This document shows, one piece after another, positions 29,021 to 39,692 of a DNA stretch of 53,938 nucleotides (its first letter is position 1; every line of letters starts with the position of its first letter). The stretch is from a virus (lineage: Duplodnaviria; Caudoviricetes): the IMG/VR virus record IMGVR_UViG_3300033146_007470, positions 1 through 53,938 of that record. One strand, 5' to 3'. The translations under genes and the position numbers were made by a program. The notes beneath the pieces were generated by a model. The model was not told the origin of the DNA. It was given only the letters and a program-made list of their open reading frames with translations, and did no database searches.

Positions 29021-30175
29021 ATGAAACAAGTAGTAGTTGGAGCTCAATGGGGAGATGAGGGTAAAGGCAAGATTGTAGATTATTTATCTGCAGATGCAGA
29101 TTTGGTAGTACGTTTTTCAGGTGGTGCTAACGCAGGCCATACTATAGTAACCGAAAAAGATACTTTTAAACTCCATCTTATTCCATCAGGTATAGTTTAC
29201 CCTCACACAAAAGTTGTGCTAGGAACAGGAATGGTGATTGATTTTGATGCGTTAAAAATAGAGTTAGATATCCTTACTGAACAAGGAATTGATTGGAGGG
29301 GAAGAATATTTATTTCTGATAGAGCACATGTAGTATTACCTTCATATAAAGAAGAAGATGTGAAAAGAGATAAAGAAAGAGAAAACCCTATTGGTACAAC
29401 TGGTAGAGGGATTGGAATTGCGTATGAGCATAAAGCTGCTAGAATTGGACTTAGAGTTTGTAATATGAAAAAAGAATATCTTTCAGATATACAAATAGTA
29501 AATCTCCCTTATTTTATGCAGGACTATAAAAACAAAAATGTTGTGTTCGAGGGAGCTCAAGGTACTTTATTAGATATTGATGCGGGAACCTACCCTTATG
29601 TATCTTCTGGAAGTGCTATTGGAGCTGGTGCTGCTTCTGGTGGAGGCGTAGGAATTACAGATATTGATAGAGTAATAGGCGTGTTTAAGGCCTATCAATC
29701 AAGAGTTGGTAATGGTCCTTTCCCTACAAAATTTAATGATGATGAATTTGCACAATACATAAGAGATACAGGACGCGAATATGGAGTAACAACTGGAAGG
29801 CCTAGAGACGTAGGTTATCTTGATTTGGTTGCATTGAAATACTCTTGTTTAATTAATGGATTAGATAGTTTAGTTTTAACGCATCTTGATGTATATGATA
29901 ATATGGATGAAATTAAAGTTTGTACTGGATATGAATATATAGAAAAACAAAAAGAGTTTCCCTCCTCTATTGAAATATTAGAAAAAGTACGACCTATATA
30001 TCAAGTGTTTAAAGGATGGAAACAAGATATATCTGGTGTGAAGAAAATAGAAGATCTCCCACTAGAAGCACGGCAATATATAGATTTCATTGAAGAATAT
30101 ACTAGTGTTGAAGTCGGTATAATATCTGTTGGATGTAAGAGAGAACAAACTATAAACAATATCAATCTTTGGTGA
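29021..30175 (+). CDS. purA: adenylosuccinate synthetase
   Basis: GAQWGDEGKGK, GGANAGHT, FEGAQG..LDID.GTYPYV, EYGVTTGRPR. Confidence 0.97.
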   Translation: MKQVVVGAQWGDEGKGKIVDYLSADADLVVRFSGGANAGHTIVTEKDTFKLHLIPSGIVYPHTKVVLGTGMVIDFDALKIELDILTEQGIDWRGRIFISDRAHVVLPSYKEEDVKRDKERENPIGTTGRGIGIAYEHKAARIGLRVCNMKKEYLSDIQIVNLPYFMQDYKNKNVVFEGAQGTLLDIDAGTYPYVSSGSAIGAGAASGGGVGITDIDRVIGVFKAYQSRVGNGPFPTKFNDDEFAQYIRDTGREYGVTTGRPRDVGYLDLVALKYSCLINGLDSLVLTHLDVYDNMDEIKVCTGYEYIEKQKEFPSSIEILEKVRPIYQVFKGWKQDISGVKKIEDLPLEARQYIDFIEEYTSVEVGIISVGCKREQTINNINLW

Positions 30176-30300
30176 AACTATATCCAAAAAATCATATATA
30201 ATAAGCATACTTATATATAAAAGAGTAAAACAATTAAATAATAGTTTATAAGATAAATAATACTTGACAGTATAAGTAATCTATTATTTGGAGGTAGAGA

Positions 30301-30516
30301 GTGGAACTCAAAGAATTTATAAATGGGGAAGTTAATGCTCAACTGAGTTATGATGGGGGAGGATGTGAATTTGTATCATATGAAGACGGTATCGTTAATT
30401 TAAAGTTGGTAGGTGCTTGTGGTGGCTGTCCAATGTCTCTAATGACCTTAAAGCAAGGAATTGAAGTAGCAGTAAAAGAACAATATCCAGATGTATTAAG
30501 CGTGGAAAGTATATAG
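30301..30516 (+). CDS. NifU/NfuA-like Fe-S carrier domain
   Basis: DGGG.E...L.GACGGCPMS..TLK.GIE. Confidence 0.92.
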   Translation: MELKEFINGEVNAQLSYDGGGCEFVSYEDGIVNLKLVGACGGCPMSLMTLKQGIEVAVKEQYPDVLSVESI

Positions 30517-30581
30517 GATAAATTATTACATGATTTAATGCAAAATAATTGACTTTGTGCAAACCGGTGAAAGGTAATTAC

Positions 30582-31415
30582 GTGAATGAATTTTATAATT
30601 ACATCTACTTAGATCCAAGAAAGCCAGGCCATTATACGTATGATAATACGTCATTTTTATATCAACCATTTTACGTAGGGAAGGGAAAGAATAATCGATA
30701 TTTAGACCACGTACATAATGATCATAGAAATAAGTTAAAAACAAATGTAATAAACAAAATACTTAATGAAGGTTTTGATTTAAAAAAATATATTGTAATA
30801 ATATATAAAGAATTATCTGAGCAAGAAGCTTTTGAAAATGAGATTTTTTTGATTAAAGAAATTGGTAGAAGAATAAATAAAACAGGTTCTTTATGTAATA
30901 TGGACGAAGGAGGAAAAGGTTCCGATAGTATGTCTCATCACCCCGATAAAGATGAAATATACAAAAAAATTAGATTGACACAAATTAAAAATAAAAACAC
31001 ACATAAAGGTAAAACATATGAAGAATTATATGGAGATAGAGCTAAAGAAGAAAAAGAAAAAAGACGTCAAGCTTTATTAGGTAAAAAACATTCTAAAGAA
31101 AGACGTATAAAGAGTGGCAAAAGCCACAAAGGACAAATTGCCTGGAACAAAGGTTTAGATAAAAATGATCCAAGAGTATTAAAATATATTGAAAACAGGA
31201 AACCTAAAAAGTTTTTTAAAATATATAATATTAAAAACATAAAAACTAATGAAGTATTTTCGTTTAATGGTAAAGAAAAATTAGAAAAATTTGTAAAAAT
31301 ATTTAACAAAGAATTAAAACTAAAATCTAGAATAAATATAGATGTTTTAATTAAAGAAGAAAAAGATAAAAATTTTATAGTAATAAATAAGGAGTTAGAT
31401 AATGGCAACAATTGA
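30582..31415 (+). CDS. GIY-YIG homing endonuclease with NUMOD3-like repeats
   Basis: YNYIYLDP...PFYVGKG..NR, GKTYEELYG, KKHSKE, WNKGL. Confidence 0.82.
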   Translation: MNEFYNYIYLDPRKPGHYTYDNTSFLYQPFYVGKGKNNRYLDHVHNDHRNKLKTNVINKILNEGFDLKKYIVIIYKELSEQEAFENEIFLIKEIGRRINKTGSLCNMDEGGKGSDSMSHHPDKDEIYKKIRLTQIKNKNTHKGKTYEELYGDRAKEEKEKRRQALLGKKHSKERRIKSGKSHKGQIAWNKGLDKNDPRVLKYIENRKPKKFFKIYNIKNIKTNEVFSFNGKEKLEKFVKIFNKELKLKSRINIDVLIKEEKDKNFIVINKELDNGNN

Positions 31416-31752
31416 ATTAACGAAGGAATTATTTGAAGAAAAGATAGCAGATCTTTCAGCGAAGGAATGGAAGTTCTTAGGAGATAAACCAGCAATTATA
31501 GATTTTTTTGCAAATTGGTGCAATCCGTGTAAGATGGTCGCTCCAATCCTTGAGGAATTATCTGAGGAATATGAAGGAGTAGATATATATAAGTTAAACA
31601 CTGAAGAGCAAGGAGAATTAGCTTCTACATTTGGTGTTCAGTCTATACCATCTATTCTCTTCATTCCAATGGAAGGGAAACCGCAAATGTCTGTAGGCGC
31701 ATTACCAAAAGAAAGTTTTGTAACTGCTTTTAAAGATGTTTTAGGAGTTTAA
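31402..31752 (+). CDS. trxA: thioredoxin
   Basis: IIDFFANWCNPCK, QSIPS. Confidence 0.95.
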   Translation: MATIELTKELFEEKIADLSAKEWKFLGDKPAIIDFFANWCNPCKMVAPILEELSEEYEGVDIYKLNTEEQGELASTFGVQSIPSILFIPMEGKPQMSVGALPKESFVTAFKDVLGV

Positions 31753-31784
31753 AAAAAGGGAAGCTTAATTGCTTCCTTTTTTTT
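31753..31784. terminator. bidirectional intrinsic terminator
   Basis: A tract-GGAAGC-TTAATT-GCTTCC-T tract. Confidence 0.85.
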
Positions 31785-31819
31785 ATAATTTAGGTAACAT
31801 TTCATTTTGTAATTTAATT

Positions 31820-31930
31820 CCAACTTTGTTTTAAGCCTGTGGAAACTAAGACGTTTGAAGCAACCAGTATAAAAAGCAGCTTGACTTATGAAGCAGGAAG
31901 ATCACTATCTTTAAATAGTGATTTGCTAAA
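31820..31930 (+). mobile_element. possible IS200/IS605- or IS607-type right-end (omega-RNA-like) remnant without tnpB
   Basis: GCCTGTGGA...GAAGCAGGAAG followed by hairpin ATCACTAT/ATAGTGAT. Confidence 0.5.
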
Positions 31931-32026
31931 ATTTGTTCTGTTATATTTATTTCTCATTATTTTATATTTATCTTGTTCATTATATATATTATAAAGCATA
32001 GTTATAATAAAAATAGGAGGTTTTAT

Positions 32027-32752
32027 ATGAGCGATATATTTGACATGACACCAGGAAAATGGGATTGGTTAAGATATGCACCATACCGTATTTGGCAAAA
32101 AATTAAAGACTTCTATTACGAAAGGAAATATACTGTACAACGTATTTTTAAAGGTTATGCAGATGTTGATATATTTGAACTTTATTCTACAACAGCTAGA
32201 ACTATACTTCCTAGACTTGTAGAATTTAAAAAAAATCATCATGGTTATCCATCTATATTTTCAGATTATGAAGACGGAAGCGCTTGGGAAAGCAAAGAGA
32301 AATATGATGCAATGGTAAAAGATGGCACCATACTTGGTGGTGGAGACGACGCATGGGTTGCTATATTAGATAAAATGATTTTTTCTTTCTCTTATATTAT
32401 AGTTGAAGATATGTCTCCTAAAGGTAGATTTGAGAAGAAGATTGTAAAAGATTTTAAAGAAAAATATGGTGATGTTTGGGCAGAAACAGAAGAAAATATT
32501 AAAGGTAATAGTTATCATCTTTTTGTTAATGAGAATAAAGATTTAAAAGATGATGATATTGCTGCAGCTCATATACCAGAAGATAATTTTGATGATAATA
32601 CTATTGCTGAAGAAGAAGCAAAGGGTATGACTTATAAAGGTTTTAAAACTAGAAACTTCCACCATAATGATAAATTAGCTGATGAATTAAATAAAAAATG
32701 TGATGAAGGTTTAGCTCTTTTCGGTAAATATTTTAGAAATCTCTGGGATTAA
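32027..32752 (+). CDS. conserved phage hypothetical protein
   Basis: ILPRL..FK....GYP, W..ILDKMIFSF, EGL.LFGKYFRNLWD. Confidence 0.8.
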   Translation: MSDIFDMTPGKWDWLRYAPYRIWQKIKDFYYERKYTVQRIFKGYADVDIFELYSTTARTILPRLVEFKKNHHGYPSIFSDYEDGSAWESKEKYDAMVKDGTILGGGDDAWVAILDKMIFSFSYIIVEDMSPKGRFEKKIVKDFKEKYGDVWAETEENIKGNSYHLFVNENKDLKDDDIAAAHIPEDNFDDNTIAEEEAKGMTYKGFKTRNFHHNDKLADELNKKCDEGLALFGKYFRNLWD

Positions 32753-33133
32753 AAACTATTTTCGCAAACTTTAAAGCTTCTGAGATAAGATAATCTCAGA
32801 AGCTTTTTTTTTGGAGGAAAAATGTTATTTAAAAAATTATTAGCTGAATTAAAACTTCCAAATAGTTATGCTGCAACTAATTTTGATAACATGATAGAAA
32901 CCCTGAGTGATCCACGCATAAAGAAAATTGAAACTAAGGAGAGAAATGCTCTTCAATATATTCGAGCTTTTTTTCTCGTATTGGTTCTGGTAGTATGCAT
33001 ATAGATGGAAATAATATGACAAAACTTCAAGCTATTATAGGTTTATATTTGTGGGGCGATATAGAATATGAAGAAGCAAAGAAAAAATATAATAATATAA
33101 TAGATATAATAATGCAACGAGCGAGGAATTAAC

Positions 33134-34293
33134 ATGTTGAAAAAGTATATGGCATTAATAACGAATCAGGGTATGGATGCTGCTATTCCACTGGCGAATA
33201 AATCGCCAGTGGAATTAAGAAAAAAAATGTATGCTAAAGCTAAACAAGATGTAGAAAAATTATATAGTAATTATGCTAAGACTATATTTTATGCTTTATG
33301 GGAAACAGGAAAAACTATATCAATCGATGAAAAGGGATATGTTCGTATAGATGGATATATGATTAAAGACTTAAGTAATGAAATTGACACCATTTATAAA
33401 GAGGTTGATAATGCTTTTGTTAAAGCAACTATGGATGACGGCGCTGCAAATCCTCATGCATATTCTATGTTTCATTTGAGAGCACAAGTCGCAGGTGATG
33501 TTAAATTAAAGGCTATATTTGCAATTGATGAAAACGATTTCAAAATTTTAAGAAATATAGATAGCGAAATGGCAGCATTCTATATATTAGATGGTATGAT
33601 AAGAGAAACTACCGATTTTGGTAGATTTGGTGAACAGAAGAAAAAAAGAGTATTTATGCTTAATAAAATGATTGAAGATAATAAATCGAAATTAAAATCG
33701 TTACGGCGTGAATTCTTCAACCGCATAACTAGTGTTGGAGAAGAAGACGACGACGATATAATTTAACGTGAAATTAGAATTAGAAGTTTTCGATAAAGCG
33801 TATATTTCTTTAGCAGAAGATTTAATAGTTAAATTAAAAAATAAAAGACCGTGGGATAAGATAGAAATTATAAAAGATGAATGTAAATTTCAGGGAAATA
33901 TTGTTTTACTAATAAATGGGAAAAAATTTTCATTTGATTTATTAGAATACCTTGATGATAAAAAAGGACTTGGTAGATTAAATAGCATAATTAATAATAA
34001 CGAGGTTAATAATGGATAAAAGTGCAGCAGAACAAGCATCATTTGATTTAATCATTGCATCAATAATTGACGGTATTTATCAAGATGAAATTATGGATTT
34101 AGATGATGAAGATAGAATAGATTTATTAGACGGTACGTTGAACGCCTTAGAAGATCATTTAGACGAAGAAGGGCAAGATATGTTGGATGACGCTTTCGAA
34201 CGTTTCTCTAGAGAGTATAATATTGTTATTGAAACAGAAGATATAATTAGTAGTTTTGAATGGAACAAGAAGAGAAGAGCCAAAGATGAATGA
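33134..34293 (+). CDS. three hypothetical ORFs (33134-33766, 33768-34019, 34012-34293)
   Basis: ORF track; tight packing. Confidence 0.65.
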
Positions 34294-34534
34294 CCTTCTT
34301 GATGTTAATATAGAGTTAAGAATAGAATTAGGTGGGAAGAAAATGTTAGTTGAAGATATTCTTAAATTAGGTAATGGTTCTATAGTTGAATTAGATAAAA
34401 ATTATGGTGATCCAGTAGATGTATATACAAATAACATTCTTTTTGCTCGTGGCGAGGTTGTCTCAGCTGGAGATAACTACGGAGTGAGAATACAAAAGTT
34501 GGTTAAAAATGAAATTCAAAAAAGTAATAAATGA
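34286..34534 (+). CDS. fliN: FliN/SpoA-domain flagellar switch-like protein
   Basis: LLDV..EL.IELG......DIL.LG.GSIVELDK..GDPVDVY.N..LFARGEVV....NYGVRI. Confidence 0.9.
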   Translation: MNDLLDVNIELRIELGGKKMLVEDILKLGNGSIVELDKNYGDPVDVYTNNILFARGEVVSAGDNYGVRIQKLVKNEIQKSNK

Positions 34535-34925
34535 GAAGTCAGTTCCCATAGTAAGTAACTCTCCTCTAGCTAAAAGATTAAGAGACTACAGAGGCGTTAA
34601 CGTTCTTGTTTTAGGAGAGGCCGAGCCGCCAGATGTACATGGTCTACCGCCTGACATGGAAGCTTATGGCCGTGGCTGGTTTGATCAAGATTACAAACCT
34701 TACATAGATGGAGGACCTGCTGGCTCATCGCAAGGACATCCGAATTATGCTAAAGACGGTTTTTATTGGGGAGCTGATTATGATGCTATCTGGACTGGTT
34801 CTGATAAAGTGAAAAGGAAGGGTATAATTTATATACGCGGAAGAGCCGGAACAAATGAAGATGTAATAGAAGATTATGTTGAAGAGATACTAACATTAAT
34901 TTTTAAACGTTTACCTCGTAATTAA
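34509..34925 (+). CDS. hypothetical protein
   Basis: ORF track. Confidence 0.65.
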   Translation: MKFKKVINEKSVPIVSNSPLAKRLRDYRGVNVLVLGEAEPPDVHGLPPDMEAYGRGWFDQDYKPYIDGGPAGSSQGHPNYAKDGFYWGADYDAIWTGSDKVKRKGIIYIRGRAGTNEDVIEDYVEEILTLIFKRLPRN

Positions 34926-34938
34926 GCATATTTATTAT

Positions 34939-36027
34939 ATGCCTAAAAAATTAACTCAAAAAGAATTTATAAATAAAGCTAAACAAATACATGGCAATAA
35001 ATATGATTATTCTTTGGTTGATTATAAAAATAATAAAACCAAAGTTAAAATAATATGTCCAGAACATGGTATATTTGAGCAAAGTCCGAAAAGTCATATA
35101 AATAAAATGTGTGGGTGTAGTATATGTAGCGGGATAAAAAAGTTAACTCAAAAAGAATTTATAGAGAAAGCTAAACAAATACATGGTAATAAATATAACT
35201 ATAATTTGGTAAAGTATAAAAATAATAAAACTAAAGTTAAAATAATATGTCCAAAACATGGAATGTTTGAACAAACGCCCAATAAACATTTGAGCTGGCA
35301 AGGGTGTATAATTTGTAGTGGAAGTATAAAGTTAACTTTTAAAGAATTTATAAATAAAGCTAAACAGATACATGGTAATAAATATGACTATTCTTTGGTT
35401 GATTATAAAAATAATAAAACTAAAATTAAAATAATATGTCCTAAACATGGAATATTTGAACAAATTCCAAATGCTCATCTAAACGGGCAGGGATGCATAA
35501 TTTGTAGTGGAAGATTTAATTATACTACTAAAGAATTTATAGAAAAAGCTAAAGTTGTACATGGTGATAAATATGATTATTCTTTGGTTGATTATAAAAA
35601 TAATTATACCAAAGTTAAAATAATATGTCCAAAACATGGAATATTTGAGCAGTCGTTTAAACAGCATATATCATTAAAACATGGTTGCCCTATATGCAAT
35701 GAATCTAAAGGCGAGAGAGTCGTAGCTAAATATTTAAATAGTAAAAATATACAATATATAAGAGAGCATAGATTTAATGATTGTGTAAATAAGCAACCAT
35801 TACCATTTGATTTTTATTTGCCTAATAAAAATATATTAATTGAATTTGATGGGAAACAACATTATGAACCTGTTAAATTTTTTGGTGGCGAAAAAGGCTT
35901 AAAATATAGACAGCAGAATGATACTATAAAAACTGAATATTGTATGTCTAACAATATAAAATTAATAAGAATTAATTATATTAAAGACGTAATAAATATT
36001 TTGGACAATGAGTTAAACGGAGTATAA
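34939..36027 (+). CDS. putative homing endonuclease: four DUF723-like zinc repeats + PD-(D/E)XK nuclease
   Basis: 4x HGNKYDYSLV.Y......IICP.HG.FEQ....H....GC..C; SKGE, PFDFYLP, IEFDG.QH. Confidence 0.88.
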   Translation: MPKKLTQKEFINKAKQIHGNKYDYSLVDYKNNKTKVKIICPEHGIFEQSPKSHINKMCGCSICSGIKKLTQKEFIEKAKQIHGNKYNYNLVKYKNNKTKVKIICPKHGMFEQTPNKHLSWQGCIICSGSIKLTFKEFINKAKQIHGNKYDYSLVDYKNNKTKIKIICPKHGIFEQIPNAHLNGQGCIICSGRFNYTTKEFIEKAKVVHGDKYDYSLVDYKNNYTKVKIICPKHGIFEQSFKQHISLKHGCPICNESKGERVVAKYLNSKNIQYIREHRFNDCVNKQPLPFDFYLPNKNILIEFDGKQHYEPVKFFGGEKGLKYRQQNDTIKTEYCMSNNIKLIRINYIKDVINILDNELNGV

Positions 36028-36033
36028 TTAAGC

Positions 36034-36342
36034 ATGGAATATTTATATGGAAGTACATATATAAGAGATGGACAGCTAGACTCCTCATGCGGTAGGATGG
36101 TTATATACGATGGTCACATAGAAATAGCAAACGGCCAATCTGCTGATCATAACTATCTGCTTAGGTCCTTGGCTGCACGTTTAGTCGCTAAAAAAGATGA
36201 TGTTATTAGTCGAGCTACAAGACTCTATTTTAAAAGAGAAGAAGACAGAATTGTAATATCTTCAGTACGTAAGATTGATGATGATGATTTTGAGAGGAAT
36301 TGGGTTTTTTATGCTAAATTAATTAAACAGAATCTTAAGTAG
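36034..36342 (+). CDS. hypothetical protein
   Basis: ORF directly after a TTGGACA/TATAAT promoter. Confidence 0.7.
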   Translation: MEYLYGSTYIRDGQLDSSCGRMVIYDGHIEIANGQSADHNYLLRSLAARLVAKKDDVISRATRLYFKREEDRIVISSVRKIDDDDFERNWVFYAKLIKQNLK

Positions 36343-37588
36343 ACCTTTTTAGCGTAACAAAAACATTATTAATTAAATCTCTAGGTATATCTTCAATGCT
36401 TTTACCTTTACTAAAGAAGGCTTTTTTAAGATGTCCTCTAAATTTTAATCCGCCTACAACTTTATTAAGTAAAGCATCATTGCTTATAACATCATTTTTA
36501 AATTTATCGTTATAAGTGAAATGGATTGATGCGTCTTGCTTGCTTCTACCTGAACCATACCCGCTAGAACTTCTATCTGGAAGATAACCCATTTTAGCAA
36601 ATTTCTTTACCACAAATTCCAACTTCTTAAATACTGCTAAATGATCGTCTGTATAGATTTTATCACCAATGACATCTCTTACAGAATTAAATCTGCCATA
36701 ACTTCTGCCAGACATTTCTTTATCTGCTTCGTTATATATAACAGCCCACTCTTTTATATCTGGATATCGTTCTAAAATATCGGGACTAATTGCAGAAGAT
36801 TTAGTATAAATAGACGACTTTGCTGTACTACTTTTCAATTTTCTGGTCTCAATAGTTAAAGTGAAACCATCACTTCTACTATTACCAGTTCTACCTGTAG
36901 AACTTTTATCCATAGTTGTACGAAAATAAGCTGGCATTTTTTCGTAATCATCTATCAAAACTTTTTTACCATTTTTATATGTTTTATAATATACATTTAA
37001 TATTTTACTTACTGTTCTTTGTATATCAGATTTAGCATATCTTCGCCGAGTTGTATTTGCTTTTGGTTTTTCAGTTGAAGAATATTCTTTTATAGATTTT
37101 TCAACATAGTCCCAAATGATATTTAATACTTTTGGAATAGACTGCATAAGATTTATTTTATAATTAAATTCTCTTCCGCTTCCATATTGTTTCTCACCTG
37201 TTTTTTTTACTTCAACTTGAAAATCATGTCCAGTATCGAAGAAACTTTCATTTGATTTTATAGACATTTCTATTCTAAAGTTATTATATATAATAGTAGG
37301 TAATGATATTTTTGCACTATAGTCTGTTTTAGCTGCAAAAAATTTATCATTAATTTCTATATCATTCATTATTTTAATAAATTGTTTTTTGCGGTGTTCT
37401 GTTGGCATATTTTTTAGGTCTGTAACATCAAGACTATCAGATCCCCATCTACTACTTATTTTATCAACCCGTCGTTGTAAAAAGGCTATAATTTGCTTTT
37501 TCAACTCTGGTCTAAATTTACGTGCTGAATTGAAGAAGGTTTGTTCTTTGTAGAAATCGTGCATTGCTTCATTTATAAATTTATTCAT
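36335..37588 (-). CDS. hypothetical protein (417 aa)
   Basis: Long minus-strand ORF with a TAAGATAA motif directly upstream. Confidence 0.85.
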   Translation of the reverse strand: MNKFINEAMHDFYKEQTFFNSARKFRPELKKQIIAFLQRRVDKISSRWGSDSLDVTDLKNMPTEHRKKQFIKIMNDIEINDKFFAAKTDYSAKISLPTIIYNNFRIEMSIKSNESFFDTGHDFQVEVKKTGEKQYGSGREFNYKINLMQSIPKVLNIIWDYVEKSIKEYSSTEKPKANTTRRRYAKSDIQRTVSKILNVYYKTYKNGKKVLIDDYEKMPAYFRTTMDKSSTGRTGNSRSDGFTLTIETRKLKSSTAKSSIYTKSSAISPDILERYPDIKEWAVIYNEADKEMSGRSYGRFNSVRDVIGDKIYTDDHLAVFKKLEFVVKKFAKMGYLPDRSSSGYGSGRSKQDASIHFTYNDKFKNDVISNDALLNKVVGGLKFRGHLKKAFFSKGKSIEDIPRDLINNVFVTLKRST

Positions 37589-37626
37589 ATTATTATCTTA
37601 TACCTTTTTATAAAAAAAGCATATTT

Positions 37627-37998
37627 ATGTATATGAAAATTGCAATAGTTGGAACTCGTACTTTTAATGATTACATTTCTCTTAAAGAATTTATTTTTAA
37701 ACATATTAAATTTGAGGACATAACACATATAGTTTCTGGTGGTGCTAAAGGAGCAGATGCTCTTGCTGAGAAATTTGCCAAAGAGTATGGCTTTTATGAC
37801 AATAACTTTATAGTACATAAAGCAAATTGGTCATATTATGGTAATTATGCTGGTAATATAAGAAATGGCCTTATAGCAAGAGACGCAGATATGCTTTTCT
37901 CATTCTGGAACGGTATAAGTCCAGGTAGTAGAGATATGTTAAAAAAGATAAAAATAACAGGAAAACCTTACTTTATCTATTTATATGAACAAAGATAA
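37627..37998 (+). CDS. SLOG/DUF2493 family protein
   Basis: IAIVGTR.F.DY, IVSGGAKGAD.LA, AG.IRN, FWNG.SPG. Confidence 0.88.
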   Translation: MYMKIAIVGTRTFNDYISLKEFIFKHIKFEDITHIVSGGAKGADALAEKFAKEYGFYDNNFIVHKANWSYYGNYAGNIRNGLIARDADMLFSFWNGISPGSRDMLKKIKITGKPYFIYLYEQR

Positions 37999-38016
37999 AG
38001 ATATAAGGAGAATATA

Positions 38017-38484
38017 ATGGACTCAATTGATTATTTTGAAACATTCATCAATTCTACAATCCTAATGGATAAAGATAAAGTAGATGAACAGCTACAGGCA
38101 ATCTCTATTAAATATTTTAAAAATGTAATAAAAATTAAAGCAATGAATTTACCATATGGCGGTTGGGAAATAGTAGCTAAAGGTATACGAAAACAATGGG
38201 TTAAAGCCTATATAATAGATGAAGGTTATACATTTAAAATATATTGGTATAACTCAAATGAATTCCTAAGATGGGTTGCTACGGTAATAATGCATGAACT
38301 TGCAAGAACTTATAATGCCACTGTTTGGAGTGGTCAGGATCTACAAATCACAGCCCCAGAAGAAGAATGGTATACAACATTTAAAGATTATATAGAGGGG
38401 CTTGAAATAAATGGTCCTCCGGATGCAAAAGAAATTATGATTAAAAGATGTATTCCTAGAAAAGTTAGAAGAAAATTCCTTTAA
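38017..38484 (+). CDS. hypothetical protein
   Basis: ORF track; SD AAGGAG. Confidence 0.7.
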   Translation: MDSIDYFETFINSTILMDKDKVDEQLQAISIKYFKNVIKIKAMNLPYGGWEIVAKGIRKQWVKAYIIDEGYTFKIYWYNSNEFLRWVATVIMHELARTYNATVWSGQDLQITAPEEEWYTTFKDYIEGLEINGPPDAKEIMIKRCIPRKVRRKFL

Positions 38485-38499
38485 ATAAGCATATTTAAT

Positions 38500-38726
38500 A
38501 ACTCAAGGGAGTAACAAAGATAAATTCCTTTAAAGTTATAAGGAAAACTTTGAGAGAATACGAGACATCGTAAATATTTTGATTCATGGTAACATGAGTT
38601 CCCCAAATACAATATTAGATGAAATAAGACTTTATAAGACTAATAGGGTCGACGATTACACTATGAGAGACTTGCTGAGATCTCTAAAACTATCAGCAAA
38701 ACCGGCTTAATATATGCCGGTTTTTT
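38500..38726 (+). ncRNA. candidate small structured RNA ending in a pseudoknot and terminator
   Basis: GCATA motif at 38489; AGAGA/TCTCT crossed with TTGCTGA/TCAGCAA; terminator AAAACCGGC/GCCGGTTTTTT. Confidence 0.5.
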
Positions 38727-38807
38727 ATTCTAATAATATATTCATACAATTATCTTATTAAATAAATATAAATATAAATTTTATTAAAAAGCATATATAA
38801 GTATTGT

Positions 38808-39692
38808 ATGTCTAAAAAATTATCGTTAAAAGAATTTATACAAAAAGCTAAACAGATACATGGTAATAAATATGACTATTCTTTGGTTGATTATAAAAAT
38901 AATAAAACTAAAATTAAAATAATATGTCCGGAGCATGGTATATTTGAACAAACTCCAAACAATCATATATCTAAAAAATATAAATGCCCCAAATGTAAAA
39001 CTTTATCTACAAAAGAATTTATAAATAGAGCTAAACAAGTTCATAATAATAAATATGATTATTCTTTAACTGATTATAAAAACAAAAGAACTAAAGTCAA
39101 AATAATATGTCCAGAACATGGAATATTTGAACAACTTGCAGAATATCACTTATCAGGTTCTGGTTGTAAAAAATGTTCATATATATTTGGATATACAACT
39201 AAAAAATTTATAGATAAAGCTGAACAAATTCATAATAATAAATACGATTATTCTTTAACAAATTATATAAATAGTCGTATGAAAATAAAAATTATTTGTC
39301 CAAAACATGGTATATTCGAGCAAGTGGCAAAAGATCATTTAAGCGGTAATGGTTGCCCTATATGTAATGAAAGTAAAGGTGAAAAAGCTGTTGCTAAATA
39401 CCTAGATGAAAATAATATACAATATATTAAACAAAAAAGATTTAATGATTGCAAAAATGTAAAACCATTACCATTTGATTTTTATATTCCCAAACATAAT
39501 ATATTAATAGAATATAACGGAATACAACACTATGAAGCTATCGAATTTTTCGATGATGTAAAAGGTTTAAAATATAGACAGTTAAACGATACCATAAAAA
39601 TAAATTATTGTGTGTCTAACAACATAAAACTAATAATAATAAAATTTAATGAAAATATAAAAAATAAATTAAATTTTATTATTAATTTATAG
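38808..39692 (+). CDS. putative homing endonuclease: three DUF723-like repeats + PD-(D/E)XK nuclease
   Basis: Close paralogue of 34939-36027. Confidence 0.88.
   Translation: MSKKLSLKEFIQKAKQIHGNKYDYSLVDYKNNKTKIKIICPEHGIFEQTPNNHISKKYKCPKCKTLSTKEFINRAKQVHNNKYDYSLTDYKNKRTKVKIICPEHGIFEQLAEYHLSGSGCKKCSYIFGYTTKKFIDKAEQIHNNKYDYSLTNYINSRMKIKIICPKHGIFEQVAKDHLSGNGCPICNESKGEKAVAKYLDENNIQYIKQKRFNDCKNVKPLPFDFYIPKHNILIEYNGIQHYEAIEFFDDVKGLKYRQLNDTIKINYCVSNNIKLIIIKFNENIKNKLNFIINL

Noticed and set aside
29021-30175. PurZ (2-aminoadenine DNA pathway)
   Set aside because: The motif is GDEGKG with the catalytic Asp of canonical PurA, not the Ser of PurZ.
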